64,000 nucleotides of DNA, from NCBI GenBank assembly GCA_001179505.1, contig CDMY01000840.1, positions 124,001 through 188,000 of the forward strand, read 5' to 3'. The notes beneath the pieces were generated by a model, which ran no database searches, was not told where the DNA came from, and saw only the letters and a list, made by a program, of their open reading frames with translations. Positions 47,451 through 63,015 of this stretch are shown one piece after another. How positions within the stretch are numbered: position 1 is the first letter of the stretch; every line of letters begins with the position of its first letter. The translations under genes were made by a program, and so were the position numbers. This DNA is from Vitrella brassicaformis CCMP3155. Lineage: Eukaryota; Protista; Chromerida.

Positions 47451-48748
47451 CTATCTATCGACAGACACCCATACACACCACATGACATCACATCTACATG
47501 GATGGTTGGAGGCTGGGGCAGGGGTAGGGGTAGCAATACCAACCATGCTATCTATGAATGATATGCTATTTCGCTTCTTCCAACCAAATGGGCACCTGCC
47601 GCTGGGTGGGGGCATGTAGAAGGAGGGAGGGGCCCAGGGGATAGCGAGAGAGAGAGGGGGGGAGCGGGGGAATGGGGCGGCCGTTTTGACCTTTTCTTAA
47701 GATTTCAATCGGTAGCCATGCGGGCGGGGACGCTCTCGACTCAGATACGATACGATGGAATATGGAATGCGCATCAACCAACCACTGACAGGTGTCGATA
47801 TGGATCGATTCAGGGTACTAATCTACACCACATGTGCAGGCATATGCAGCCACTGTGAGTCCGGCACTACACCCCATCAGTCAGTCCATCACACACACAA
47901 CACAACACACACCGCCACACCGATAGACATGGCCATGTCTTTCACACGCACGGCGGCAATGAAAGCGCCGCGCCCGCCGCAAGGCACCTCTCTCTCGCAC
48001 ATTTGCCCCCTTCTGCCAGGGTCTGTGTACGGAGCCCCTGCACCGAGCGATCACCGTCCAGTGCTGAGGCTTCGTACAGAGAGGCACGTGGAATGCCACA
48101 AATGAGACACGTATGTATGGGGGATGGATGGCTGGATGGCTGGCAGGTATATAGTGTCGGCCATTCTCTCTCTCGTCTGTGTCCTTCGGGTGTCCTCCGC
48201 CCCCCACCCACACACGAAGTCTGCGGGACGGAACGAACCGACACACAAGACGGCGTGTGCTGGCGGGGGAGGACACACCCACCAGACACAGGCAAACAGA
48301 CAAACGAACTGCTCTGCTCCTGTAGCTACCATACCATGGAGCACTCATGTGACACTACACTGACTGGCGACTTTGATGAGTGTCGCACCCGCCCTCCCTG
48401 GCACAAGCGTCAAAATATCAGAATGTCCGTGTGTATGTGGTCATATGTGCGATGGGAGGAAGGGACAGATGAGAGGGTGGGGGGCGCGGGCGCTCATGCA
48501 CACCACACACGCATCACTGCGGGCAGGCAGGCAGCGAGGCGAGCAAAGGCGAGAGGGAGAGGCAGAGAGGCAGAGACAGAGGGGGAGAGAGCGACACACA
48601 CACACACGCACAGAAAACTGCCGCAGTGCCCTTAGCCAACCATCAAACACAGCCAAGGCAAGGCAGCCTGGCAGACGGACGCCCTCCCACACCGACCGAA
48701 CCAAAAATGCCACCCACCGAGGTCAGGTCAGCCGGCTATATCGTCATG

Positions 48749-50071
48749 TCATGAGAGGCGTGGCCTTCGTGAGGTGGAAGCGGCTCGCGCATGGCCGTGG
48801 ATGGAAGGGTGCGGCATCATGGGACCCTCCGCCATGCTCTTGCGAAAAGACAACCCCGACAGCCGACCGATGGCAGCCAACTTGAGCAACATCTGAACGT
48901 TTGTCAAGCAAAACAACACAACAGAGAACACACAGAGGGATCCTCCCACGCATGCCATATGTGTGTGCGTCCTTTGTGTCACGTCACCCGCCCCGCCCCA
49001 CGCACCAACCTCTCCGAGTGAGCTATGCGGCACCGCGTCCCTCACGTCCGTCTTGTATGGTGTGGACGACGTCTCGCCCTTCGCCTCCGCCCCGGTGTCG
49101 CCTCCCGATGCTGCTGATGCTGCTGCTGCTGTTGCTGTCGATGCAGTCCTAAAGCCACCCCCAAACGGCGGCATACCGAAGAAGCCGCCCGGGTTGAAAC
49201 CGCCCATGGCGCCCTGGCCGCCCTTGTTGCCGTCACTGCTGCCTCCTCCCTGACCCCCCATCTGGCTGACGGAGGGACCGAGGTCCTCCTCGGCCACCTG
49301 CTGCTCCTGCTTGCCGTCAGGCCGGTGGAACGTGGTCGTCGTCCGCTTCACGAGACGGCCGTTCTTCTCGAAGATCTGCTGCATCGTCACTGCACGCGGC
49401 GTGTTGGGACCGAAGTTGTTCATGAAGCCCGAGCCGTTCATCGGCGGCTGATATGACGCCCCACTGCCACTGCCTCCGCTGCCACCACCACCAGGGGCGC
49501 CACCGCCTCTCGTCTGCGCGGCGTGCTGCATACTCGCCATGCGCATGAGGTTCTCGAGGTCCTTCTCGCTCAGAGTGGCGAAGTTGCTCGACTTCAGGAC
49601 CTGCTCCAGACCCATGCCGCCAAACATGCTCCGGAAGAGATCCTCAGGATTGACGTCGTGATGGTGGACACCCCCCGGCCGCCCGCCAGCAAAACCGCCG
49701 GGAAAACCGCCGAAGGGCGAGCCGTAGCCGCCTGATGACGGCCCACCGGAGTAGCCGTAGCCATTGGTGGCGTCGTAGTTGGCGCGTGACGCCTTGTCCG
49801 AGAGCGTCGAGTAGGCGTCGGAGATCTCCCTGAAGTTCTTCTCGGCCTCGGCGCGGTTGTCGGGGTTCCGGTCGGGATGCCACTTGAGTGCCAGCTTCCG
49901 GTAGGCCTTCTTGATGTCGTTCTCGGACGCACTGCGGGGCACCCCGAGGACGTCGTAGAAGTCGCGCCGGGAGGTGGCGAACACGCGGTGTGAGCAGGGA
50001 GGCGCCACGAGGGGGACGGCCGTCTTGAGGCCGTTGAGCATGGTGGTCTTGGAAGCAAGCATCGTGAGCAT
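48749..50071 (-). CDS. DnaJ/Hsp40 protein (J-domain + G/F-rich region, DNAJB6-like) with putative mitochondrial presequence
   Basis: [36 protein letters not shown] (basic, no acidic residues), then [50 protein letters not shown], a G/F region, and [11 protein letters not shown]. Confidence 0.88.
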   Translation of the reverse strand: MLTMLASKTTMLNGLKTAVPLVAPPCSHRVFATSRRDFYDVLGVPRSASENDIKKAYRKLALKWHPDRNPDNRAEAEKNFREISDAYSTLSDKASRANYDATNGYGYSGGPSSGGYGSPFGGFPGGFAGGRPGGVHHHDVNPEDLFRSMFGGMGLEQVLKSSNFATLSEKDLENLMRMASMQHAAQTRGGGAPGGGGSGGSGSGASYQPPMNGSGFMNNFGPNTPRAVTMQQIFEKNGRLVKRTTTTFHRPDGKQEQQVAEEDLGPSVSQMGGQGGGSSDGNKGGQGAMGGFNPGGFFGMPPFGGGFRTASTATAAAASAASGGDTGAEAKGETSSTPYKTDVRDAVPHSSLGEVGAWGGAGDVTQRTHTHMACVGGSLCVFSVVLFCLTNVQMLLKLAAIGRLSGLSFRKSMAEGPMMPHPSIHGHARAASTSRRPRLS

Positions 50072-50547
50072 CTGCTCTCCCTCACCCGAAGGGAAGGGCA
50101 GACGGGGAACCAAACGAGGCTACTCGGACCTCAACAAAATCAGCACAGCAGAAGCTGCTGGTGCAACAACCGACGCCCGCGCCGCTCTCACTCTGCCCAC
50201 GCCCTGCCCAGGGGAGCGTTTCACGGGGAGGTTTGGGTAGCGCGCCAGAGAACGCGAGGCAAAATTCTCTTCGCTCTTCGCTCGTCGTGTCGTGAGAACC
50301 CCTAAGAGAAGAGTCTTGACCTGCCAACGTGTTCGCCTTGTCTTCACCTGACATCTCTACTACCAATCCGGCAACCGGCTATCTACCCCTCCCTCCGCCA
50401 TCCGCCATTGCTGACCAGCCCTTGCTGATCTTGCACTCCTGCGCGTGCCTGAGAGCCCACCCGGCGCCGTCCGCCATGCCCCCGTGCCGCAGCTATCGGT
50501 CACTTGTGTGAGCCGCTAACGTCCGCTTAGTGAGATTGAGGGAGAGA

Positions 50548-53834
<3,287 letters not shown>

Positions 53835-55271
53835 TCGGCATGGCTGTCTGTCTGCCTGTGTGTGTGCATGTGGTGGGGTGGGGTGTGGTGGGGTGTGGGT
53901 GTCTCTTTATCTCTTCCTGCCTGTCCAGCCGTCATGGATCGGCTTGGTACGGTACTGCGGCCAATTGGCAACTGATTTCGCATTTGTAGTGCTATGCGCG
54001 TGGATGATGGCATGGCGGGAGCAAGAGAAAAGAGGCAGGGGAATCGCGTGTATGGTTGTCTGTCTGATTGATCGGCTGGTCGTGTGGTGTCCCTGAGAGA
54101 GGGAAAGAGCGACGTCGGTGGGGGTGTACTGTACAGTCAGTTATACGGTATAAGGTCACGTACGTCACGCGCTTGTATTGAAATCTTTTCGCCTCATTGG
54201 GAGCGAGCAATGTGGCTGGGTAAGCGGGGACGGTACCAGGGGCAGAGAGGCAGACAATGACCGAGGGAGTGGGTGGGTGGGGGGGTGGGTGGGTAAGACA
54301 GCAACAGAGAGAGAGAGGAGAGGGGGAAATACAAAGACACATATGTATGTATGCCTCTATGGTATGTCTGTATGCGCGTGTCGTGTGTACGGGGCAGAAG
54401 GTGCTGCGACCAGACCAGACATGTACCTACCTATACCCAGATATACCTATACCCAATTACTACCCTTCCCCCCGCCTGTCGACTCTCTCCTGCTCGCGTC
54501 CTGCCTTACTTGGCTGGTGCCCTAGTCGGACGTTCTATGGGTATCTATCTGTCTGTATGTGTGTGCGTGTCGAAACCCGGGTACGGCCTCTGCTTCCATC
54601 CGTATTTGTCATTGGCTGCTGACTGCGTGTGTGGGGTGGTGCGTGCGGGTGAGTGGCGCGCCTCCTATGCTGAAACGGCAAGCGAGCGGGCGAGCCAGCC
54701 AGCCAGCCAGGCAGCCAGAGACAAACAACCGACAAAGGGGGAAGGACTTCAGTACAGGGGCCTCTCGTGGCGTGTCGTGTCGTCATGTGTCGTCGTGCTA
54801 TGGTAACGCTTTTCAACGCTTTTCGTTTTTGTCTGCCATGCCTGTCTGCCCGTCCGTCTGTCTCTCTGTCTGTCTCTGTTGTGTACGTGTGTGGGCGCGT
54901 CGGTCGGTCGGTCGGTCGGTCGCTGCCTTTTTTGCATTTTGTTTCGGCGATGCTTGTTTTTCAGGCAGGCTTTGTTTGCTCTTCTTCGTTCCTCTCTATC
55001 GCTCGCTCTCTATTTCCTTTTGCCTCTTTTCGTTCCCCTGCTGGATGGATGGCTACGGCTGGCTGCTCGTTGAACGTTGGTCTGAATCATGGTCGTGATG
55101 TCTGTCTGTCGTGGGGAAACAATGCATTCATTCATCGGTGATGTGATGTGGTGTGTTCCATGTGTGTGCGTTGCGTGGTGTGCCGCTTGTCGGGGCAAAG
55201 CGTCTTTATGCATAAAGACAAACTGCGCTCTGTCTTGTGTGGCGTGTGGTGTACAGTAAGTGATACTTGGG

Positions 55272-55571
55272 NNNNNNNNNNNNNNNNNNNNNNNNNNNNN
55301 NNNNNNNNNNNNNNNNNNNNNNNNNNNNNNNNNNNNNNNNNNNNNNNNNNNNNNNNNNNNNNNNNNNNNNNNNNNNNNNNNNNNNNNNNNNNNNNNNNNN
55401 NNNNNNNNNNNNNNNNNNNNNNNNNNNNNNNNNNNNNNNNNNNNNNNNNNNNNNNNNNNNNNNNNNNNNNNNNNNNNNNNNNNNNNNNNNNNNNNNNNNN
55501 NNNNNNNNNNNNNNNNNNNNNNNNNNNNNNNNNNNNNNNNNNNNNNNNNNNNNNNNNNNNNNNNNNNNNNN
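55272..55571. other. Assembly gap (300 N)
   Basis: Run of N. Confidence 1.
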
Positions 55572-56812
55572 GGGAGTGGGGTGGGGGAGAGAGAGGCGAC
55601 ACGCGCACACTCTTCCTGCACACACGTACTTACACTTACTTGTACACAGGTAAATGTATGTATGTATGTCTGTGTATCTGATGCTCAACTCGACACTGCC
55701 TGCCTGCCTGCCTGCAGGTCAGCCGTGCGTGCAGGAGCCCCTCTCTCCCTTTCTCCCTCTCTCCCTTTCTCCCTCTCTCCTTTTCTCTGTCTCGTGCTTG
55801 TGTGTAGTCGCCACTCTACACTCCAGCTCACTCATGTACACATACATACACATATGGCGTGGAAGGTCATGTAGGTATGTGATGTGTTCACATACATGCA
55901 ACACGTGCTTCTGCATAGGCAGGCAGGCAGGCATACAACCATCCATCCATCCATCCATTCACACAGGCCGCTACTCTTCTGAGCAATCTAGCGGGCGGTG
56001 CAGTGCTGCAGTGCACCACCACTTTCCCGATCGACGGAAGGCCTCATGCAGCGGCCTGGATCCGTGAATTTTTTGTGCCGTGACATGCATGATACACATA
56101 CAGTGGATCAGGAAGGGGGAAGGGGAGACGTCTTGTACCAGTATCCTACCGGGCCCTGCAAGCAGTTTCGTGAGCCCATTTGGGCTTCAGTGTACTCAAG
56201 TGGTGACCCTGCATGAGCAAATGACGTTGGAATGACCATGGCTGGCTGGCTGACTGGCTGACTGGCTGACTTGCTTTGCCTTGCCCGGTGCCCCTTCTCG
56301 CCCCTGGTTCACGTGTGCATCTGATCGGCACCGGGAATCATCCGATCCATCACGTCCTGGTGCCGTGCCGATCCGTTGTGTGAATCAGGGAGAAAGGAAG
56401 GGAAGGCAAGAAGACAGCTGCGTGACGATGCACTGCTCACTTCCTCACTGATGGCCGTCAGCCTCACTCACTCCGTCACTCTCACGCTGTGCTGCTCTGC
56501 CCTGCCCCCTCCGCCCACCCACACGAACACGCACACACACACAGATGGATCCATTTTTGGGGACAATGTGTTGTGTAAACTGGCTGACGGTGCCGCGCTC
56601 TTTCCTTACAAAGGCTGGTCGTGTGTGAGCAAAGGCCGGAGTGACCTAACAAGCAGACAGAAGTACGGACACAGAGACAGACAGACATCACACCTATGTC
56701 AATCGATTTTCCTACTGCATGGATGGATGGTGACTGTCTGTCGTCTCCTGTCCTTCCGCTGTGTGTGTTTCTGTCTGTCTGTCTGTCTGCACACAGCTCG
56801 CTTGCCATATGT

Positions 56813-56946
56813 ATGTCCACATGTCCATGTCCATGTACAAATACAAATACAAATACAAATACAAATACGTATACACACACCTACCTCCCCTCGCCCTCGC
56901 CCTCGCCCTCGCCTGTTGCCTGTCGCCTGTCGCCTGTCGCCTCGCC
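56813..56946. repeat. Compound microsatellite (ATGTCC)n-(TACAAA)5-(CTCGCC)n-(CCTGTCG)n
   Basis: Four adjacent short tandem arrays are directly visible in intergenic DNA. Confidence 0.85.
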
Positions 56947-58195
56947 TGTATGGTTACTGTGTCCGTGTGTGTGTGTGTCCATACCGACTCTCTGGCTACG
57001 GGTGTGCTCTTGTGCGTGCGTGTGTGTGTGGTGGGGTGGACGTGCGTTGCCTTTAGTGTCTATGCATGATGCGCCGATGGTTGTGTTTGTCTAATCGTGT
57101 CGTGTTGTGGTGTGAGTGGGTTGGATGGATGAAAGGGGGATCGATCGACTGGCCGGCGTGTGAGTGTGTGAGAAGTGGGCATATCGTATGCATGCATACA
57201 TGCATTCATGCCTCTTGGTTGGCTGTTTATGCTCTGACTGACTTCTGTCGATCGACAAATCTTTCTGACCGACCTCCTGTTCGCTGAGGCTATCTACCTA
57301 TCTCTCGCCTCTACCAAGGAAAACCCCTCCCACCGCCCCGACAACCAACAACTTAGGCAAACAGGCCCTTGATGAAGGCCGCCGCCTGCTGCCCCGCCTC
57401 ACATGCATATGCATAACCCATCCGCGATCCCCTCACCACCCCCCTCGCCATCTCTACAAAACAGCACCCATCCTCCTCGTCACGCCCCTCCCAACTAATC
57501 AACCACGAGTTCCCCTGCCTCTGCCAGTAGGCCACCTCCCACTTAGTCAGCTTGCTCACATAGAAGCCGTCCTCGCCCCCACCCCACAGCGAGGACTGAG
57601 GCAGCCAGCCAGCCAGCTAGCCAACAACGTATCCACACGCACATACATGTATAGGGGCCGAGGGGGTTGGTTGGTGTTGCTGATTTCGTGTTTTGAGTCA
57701 GGACTGAATAAGGGTAAGTGGCTGGTTTTTACATTCGACCAAATACATACATCCATTCAACGAACGTACAGATGATAGATGACTTGCATGCCCATGAATG
57801 AGCAATATTGTCTGTGTCGGTGTCCGCACGTGTCACGCACACGACCCACTTACTCGCTCATTGAGACCCACACCTCACACGCACACAAGATATCCATGAG
57901 TGCCTATCTAGCTATCATTCTGCCGAAACGCCGTCGACGCATCAGAGGTGGCGGGCGGTTCATCGTCTTCTCGGTCGCGTGCACGGCCACAGTCGTCACC
58001 GGGGCTGCAAAATGGAATTGTCCGCCTTGCTGGCCTGCTTGTTGATGCGTCGGATTGGGAAGAGTTGGGGCATGCAGCACATAGGAGGGCGGCGGGCCGC
58101 AGAGCAGCTGGCGCTGCAAAACACACTCCAGGCAGCTCTGTATCCTCGTGTGCCGCGACGGTCTCAGTCAATAGCCTGGACGCCTGCACGCCTCC

Positions 58196-58468
58196 TCAAT
58201 TGCCCGACCACCGGTTGTGAAACCTGCATACAGACAGGGCCAACCGATATATGTACGATGCACACGGCAGACACAGCCATACCAGCCATCTCCGCATCTC
58301 CCCTCCTCCCGCCCCCCTCGCTTACTTCTTCTTGAAGGTCGGGGCCGTGTATTTCCGCCTGTACTTGGCGTGCTGGGGCGACTTGCGCCTCAGCCACTCC
58401 ACACCCGTCATCCACTTGCGGTAGCGGTCGGAAAACAGAAGCTGCTGTTGCCACATCGCACCAGCCAT
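58196..58468 (-). CDS. Small basic protein (56 aa, 2 exons)
   Basis: Exon 1 58468..58326 ends AA|gtaagc; exon 2 58223..58196 follows tatgcag|. Product: MAGAMWQQQLLFSDRYRKWMTGVEWLRRKSPQHAKYRRKYTAPTFKKKFHNRWSGN*. Codon usage is GC3-rich, like neighbouring genes. Confidence 0.55.
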
Positions 58469-58701
58469 GAGGGAAGGAAAGAACGGGGACGGGATCTGGG
58501 CTGCAGATGCCGCGGACGAGGGAGGCGAGAGGGCGGCGCGGGGAGGGATGCATCGCGTCAATGATAATGGGGAGAAAAGAAGGGTGCGCCTGCACAGGGG
58601 ATACAGCGGCTCTAGCATGGCTACTTCAAAAGGCTCAGCGCACACCCGACAAAAATCGCGAGCTGGACGTTGCGAGCTGGGCTTGCAGAGAAGGCAGCAG
58701 A

Positions 58702-61065
58702 ATGGCGCCTGCAGCCCTTCTCCTCTTCGCTATACCCCTTTCCACTGCATACAGATCAGAACACGCATCGAGATCTCTCATTTCGAGGTCTGCATTCCTT
58801 CCCTCTTTCAGCCTATCTGCAGCTGGCCACTCACGCAATGCCGCCCGGCCGCATCGTCTTGGCGCAGCGCCATCAGGCGGCCCCTCTACAGTAACAGCGG
58901 TGCTTGACGAAGTCAAGCCCAAGGAGCCCAAGGAGCCTGAGCCTGAGTTCGAGGTGGCCGAGGCGGCAGGCAAGAGGATGCCCGAAGTGCTGCAGGTGAG
59001 TGATGAGTGAGTGAGTCCAGCGGAAAGTTTACTTTGTCGTCATCTTCTCCTTGTCGTCCTTTTGGCTTGATGGATGTTGCAGGAGGAGAAGCCTGCGACG
59101 ATAGAGCTGAGGCGGGTCAAGACTGCTGACCCGACCGTATTCACGCCCGACACAACCGGTGAGAAATGCACCCACCCACCAGAGCCCTCCCTCCATCTTG
59201 ATGCATTGTCATGCCTGCCCACGCCACGTACAGAGAGCATGCGCGGCAAGCTCTACGCAGCCTCGGCCATAGGCGGCAGTGCAGGCCTTCTCGCTGGCTC
59301 TATTGCAGGCGGCGAGCAAGCCCCCGTGCTTGCCCTGGTGTTCGCGGCTGTGGCAACCATTGAGGCGACACGCAACACGGGTGCGGGAGGAAAGTTGCGG
59401 GAGGCTGGCGGGGCAGTTGTCAGCGCCATCGATGCGGTGAGGCAGCAGGTGACCAGCAGGGGGTATGACGAGGGCCTCCTCGGCGCCGGCAAGTCGTTCT
59501 TTTTGTGGCTGGATGAGTATTTGAAGAAGAACGATATCGACACCAGCTTCACCAAACAACTCATCAAACGTACGGCCTGCAGAATGGGAATCAATGTATG
59601 TCATTCATCGACGAGCGTGTATTGTATGTTCCTTGCTCGTTGCGTGATGCACATCATCAGGGCAGGGCGAGCTCCTCAACGATTACCTGTTCTCTCCCAC
59701 ACACAAGGCCTTCACGGCAATTTCCGAGGCCGCTGTGGCACGTGTCGGCCCGACAGACCCAGCACGCTACTACCGCAGCTCTTTCCCGCCATTCTATGAG
59801 CGAGTGACCGTGTTGCGGACCATGGGTGATGGGGTGCACTTTCTCGAGCAGCCGCTGCTCATCGGCGGCGTCAGCTTTGGGCTGAGGTCTGTCGTCATCG
59901 AACTGAATTGTAAAGATACATACACGTGTGTGTGAGAGCAGTGGAGGGAGGCACTCATGGGGTGTTGTTTGATGGCTGTGTGTCGTGTGTGTGTGTTGTG
60001 CAGCGTCGAGAGACCTGATGGTGATCAATCCCGTGGCCCCGACGCGGGAGCTGATCAAGCTGGTCAACAGCTTGAGGGGCACGGTCAAAGCGATAGTGGT
60101 GCCCAACACGTCGCCAGAGCACCAGCCCTATGTGCAGGAGTTCCTCGACAGATGCCCTGGCGCAAAGGTAATGAACAAACTCACCAGTGCTGCACCACTG
60201 CGGGCACGTGACGTACTGCGTGTGTGGTGGTCATCAGGTGTATGCGTCGAGGCTGCCGCGTGACGACAGTTACCGTGTGGATGAGCTGCTGTCAGAGGAG
60301 GCACCACCGATGTGGAAAGGCGTCATCGAGCAGGCCGTGTTGGACGGCAGTGCAAGCTTCAGGGAGGTGGTTTTCTTCCACAAGCCATCCAAGTAGGATT
60401 GGGGTAGCAATGGATGCATCCATCGATGCCATCGACGTCTCCGATCGATGTGTGTACGTTGTGGATTGCAATGGTGATGGTATGTATGGTCGCCAGGTCG
60501 TTGATCGTGACAGATTTCTGCGCCATGGTTGACGACGCCTACATCGCTGAACAAAACTACGTCGACAGCGTCGTCACCGAAAACACCGCCATGATACTTG
60601 GTAACCCAGCCACCCCAGCCACACCAACCAACACATCCCACTGGCGCACACACAGAGGCACACGTCTCTCTCCTCTCTCTGTGTGCCTTTCTGCTGAAAG
60701 GTCTGTACAACCAGACGGGCCTTCTGGTCGACCGAGTGCTGACCAGCTACCCCCTCCGCAACAAAGGATTCATCCAGAGGCTCCTCTCATGGCCATTCGC
60801 GCGCATCGTCCCAGCTCATGGCGTCGCGCCCATCAAGGGCGACGCATCCTATGTCAGATCGCTGCTGCAGCAGTGCGGCGCTGTTGACGGCGGCGACAGG
60901 CGGCCGTCCGGTGTGTCGTCGTCCATCAATGTGGATGTGGAGCCGCTGAAGGACGCCGTACAGAGGTCCATATTTGGGAAGGAGGAGGGCCGGAAGACAG
61001 AGAAGGACAAGAATGTGACGAAGGCAGGGAAGAAGGAAGAGCCGGTCGTCAAGGCGGCCAAGTGA
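58702..61065 (+). CDS. Predicted plastid-targeted DUF4336-family protein (metallo-beta-lactamase-like fold) with an N-terminal membrane segment
   Basis: Signal/transit-like MAPAALLLFAIPLSTAYRS...SAFL. FLEQ..., LMVINPVAPTRE, VKAIVVPNTSPEHQPYV...PGAK|VY, EVVFFHKPSK|SLIVTD and WPFARIVPAHGVAPI match the cyanobacterial/plant DUF4336 pattern. Confidence 0.78.
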
Positions 61066-62343
61066 CGATGATTGGGGGGGTGAAAGATCATTTTCGGAGT
61101 GACTACGTGTGTGTGTGAGAGTTTTTTGCCCAATGGTGATGGCAGGGCTCGGCGAAAGGGTCGTGTGATCGATTGCATTGCGTGCGTGTCTCTTTGTCTC
61201 TGCCTGTGCTGTGCTGTGCTGTGCTGACCTGTGCTCTCCATGCCATGCCATGGATGGCTTCTTGACGTGTGCTTACACACCGGTGCGTCTTTCTGCGTAC
61301 ATGCATGTACTGCCTTTATCCACTCGTCTCGTCTCATCTGCCTGCCTGTGTGTGAGGGATTCTGCACCTTACTACCTTTTGGCGAGAGGGATTCTGACCA
61401 TCAATCACCACTGAGAGATGCGAGAGGGGGGGCCATAGTGACAGACATGTCATGGATGATCGCTGTGCATGTGCCATATGACGATACGATCGATGAGACT
61501 CTCGGCGTTGTCGTCTTTTTGGTAACACAACACACTTTCTGATTCGGCCAAACTGACTGATTGACGTGACCGACACTGTACAGGCCAACGTGTGAAGGGA
61601 ACAGACACACAGGTACATGCATTGCATATCTGTCTGTCTGTCTCCCTCATAGACGGTCATGCCATGCAGACGAGACGAGCCCACGACCCAACCCCATACG
61701 ACGCGCACGACACGAGTACATGGGCATGACATGGGTCCAGTCCACAATGAATGCAGTGATTGATTGATTGATACATGAATCAAGGTATGTATTGCCGGCC
61801 GGGCTCGGCTCGAGGGACCTTTCTCCCCTCTAGGTTGATTACCTTACCGACCGGCCCCAATGAATTATCTATCAGCAAGCAAGCTGGCACATCCATCCAT
61901 CAACCTTTCCAGCCAACAGAGTGAATGGCCATCCATCCATCCATCCATCTATCTGCAAAACACCATTAACTAAAACATGTCTCCCTGTTTGACTGCCTGC
62001 CTGCCGGAGTCCAGCTGTTATGATAAATGCATGGATCCACCCGATCCACGAACGTACACATAGATATGCATGCATTAGCTACACCTTGCCACGCTAGCTA
62101 CGGCGCACGCGGGCGCCACTTACCACCCACCCCCACCCCACCTGCTTGCTCTACTCTACTTCCTTCCTTATTAACACCCATCCACCCACCCGTCGAACGA
62201 ACCACCAAGCAACCAAACAGACAATGAATACACTGACTACATGGCATGCACATGATGTGATTGATGCATACCGAACACTTGCTTGCAAAAGACCAGACCC
62301 CGCCCACACGACTCACCCTAGGGCCCAAGCGCCCCCCACTACA

Positions 62344-62981
62344 CTACCCCCTTCGCCGCTTGATGCCTGTGTGTCGCTGCCCGTCCATCGACCGCTTGAA
62401 GCCGCCGTCCTGTGTCCGCTTCTTCTTGCGTGACACTGATGCGGCAGCGGAGGGGCCGCGACACGCTCGGACCGGTCGAGGGCTGCAATACCAGCACTGA
62501 GGTACAGATGCAGCCAGCCCCACATCGGACGGGGGATGGATGGATGGATGTGGAGTGATGCTTCCTCACCTACCTTGAGGATGTTCTCGCATCGGGCTAT
62601 CTGCTCAGCGATGCTTGCTCTCGCCATCCGTGTGAGCGCAATCAGAGAAAGGGCCGGCCCACTGCAACACAGACACACACACACACACACACAAACACAT
62701 TGCCCGGCGTGGGCCATTCATTAGTCACGACTGCGTCCTCCATCTGGGTCACATACCTCTGCTCATCGCCGCCGCCCGATGACACGTGTGTGTCGGTGTC
62801 GACGAGCATTTCATGAGTGAGGTGCAGCCGGCTCGAAGCGTCAGGCTTGATGTAGATGTATGCCGTGTGCCGCTCGCCCGACCCGAGCATCGTCATGGGG
62901 CAGCGACGGGCCAGCTCGCCACACAAACCAAAACTGGACACCAGATCTGACCGATGAACACAGACACCACACCCACATACA

Positions 62982-63015
<34 letters not shown>

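Noticed and set aside
55010-55874. ORFs spanning N runs (also at 30276-31052 and 44671-45736)
   Set aside because: They are artefacts of translating gaps as X.
57181-57215. TGCATGCA-like (ApiAP2-type) motifs here and elsewhere
   Set aside because: GCATGC/TGCATG words are scattered through introns and intergenic DNA of this composition, and no positional enrichment is demonstrable by eye.
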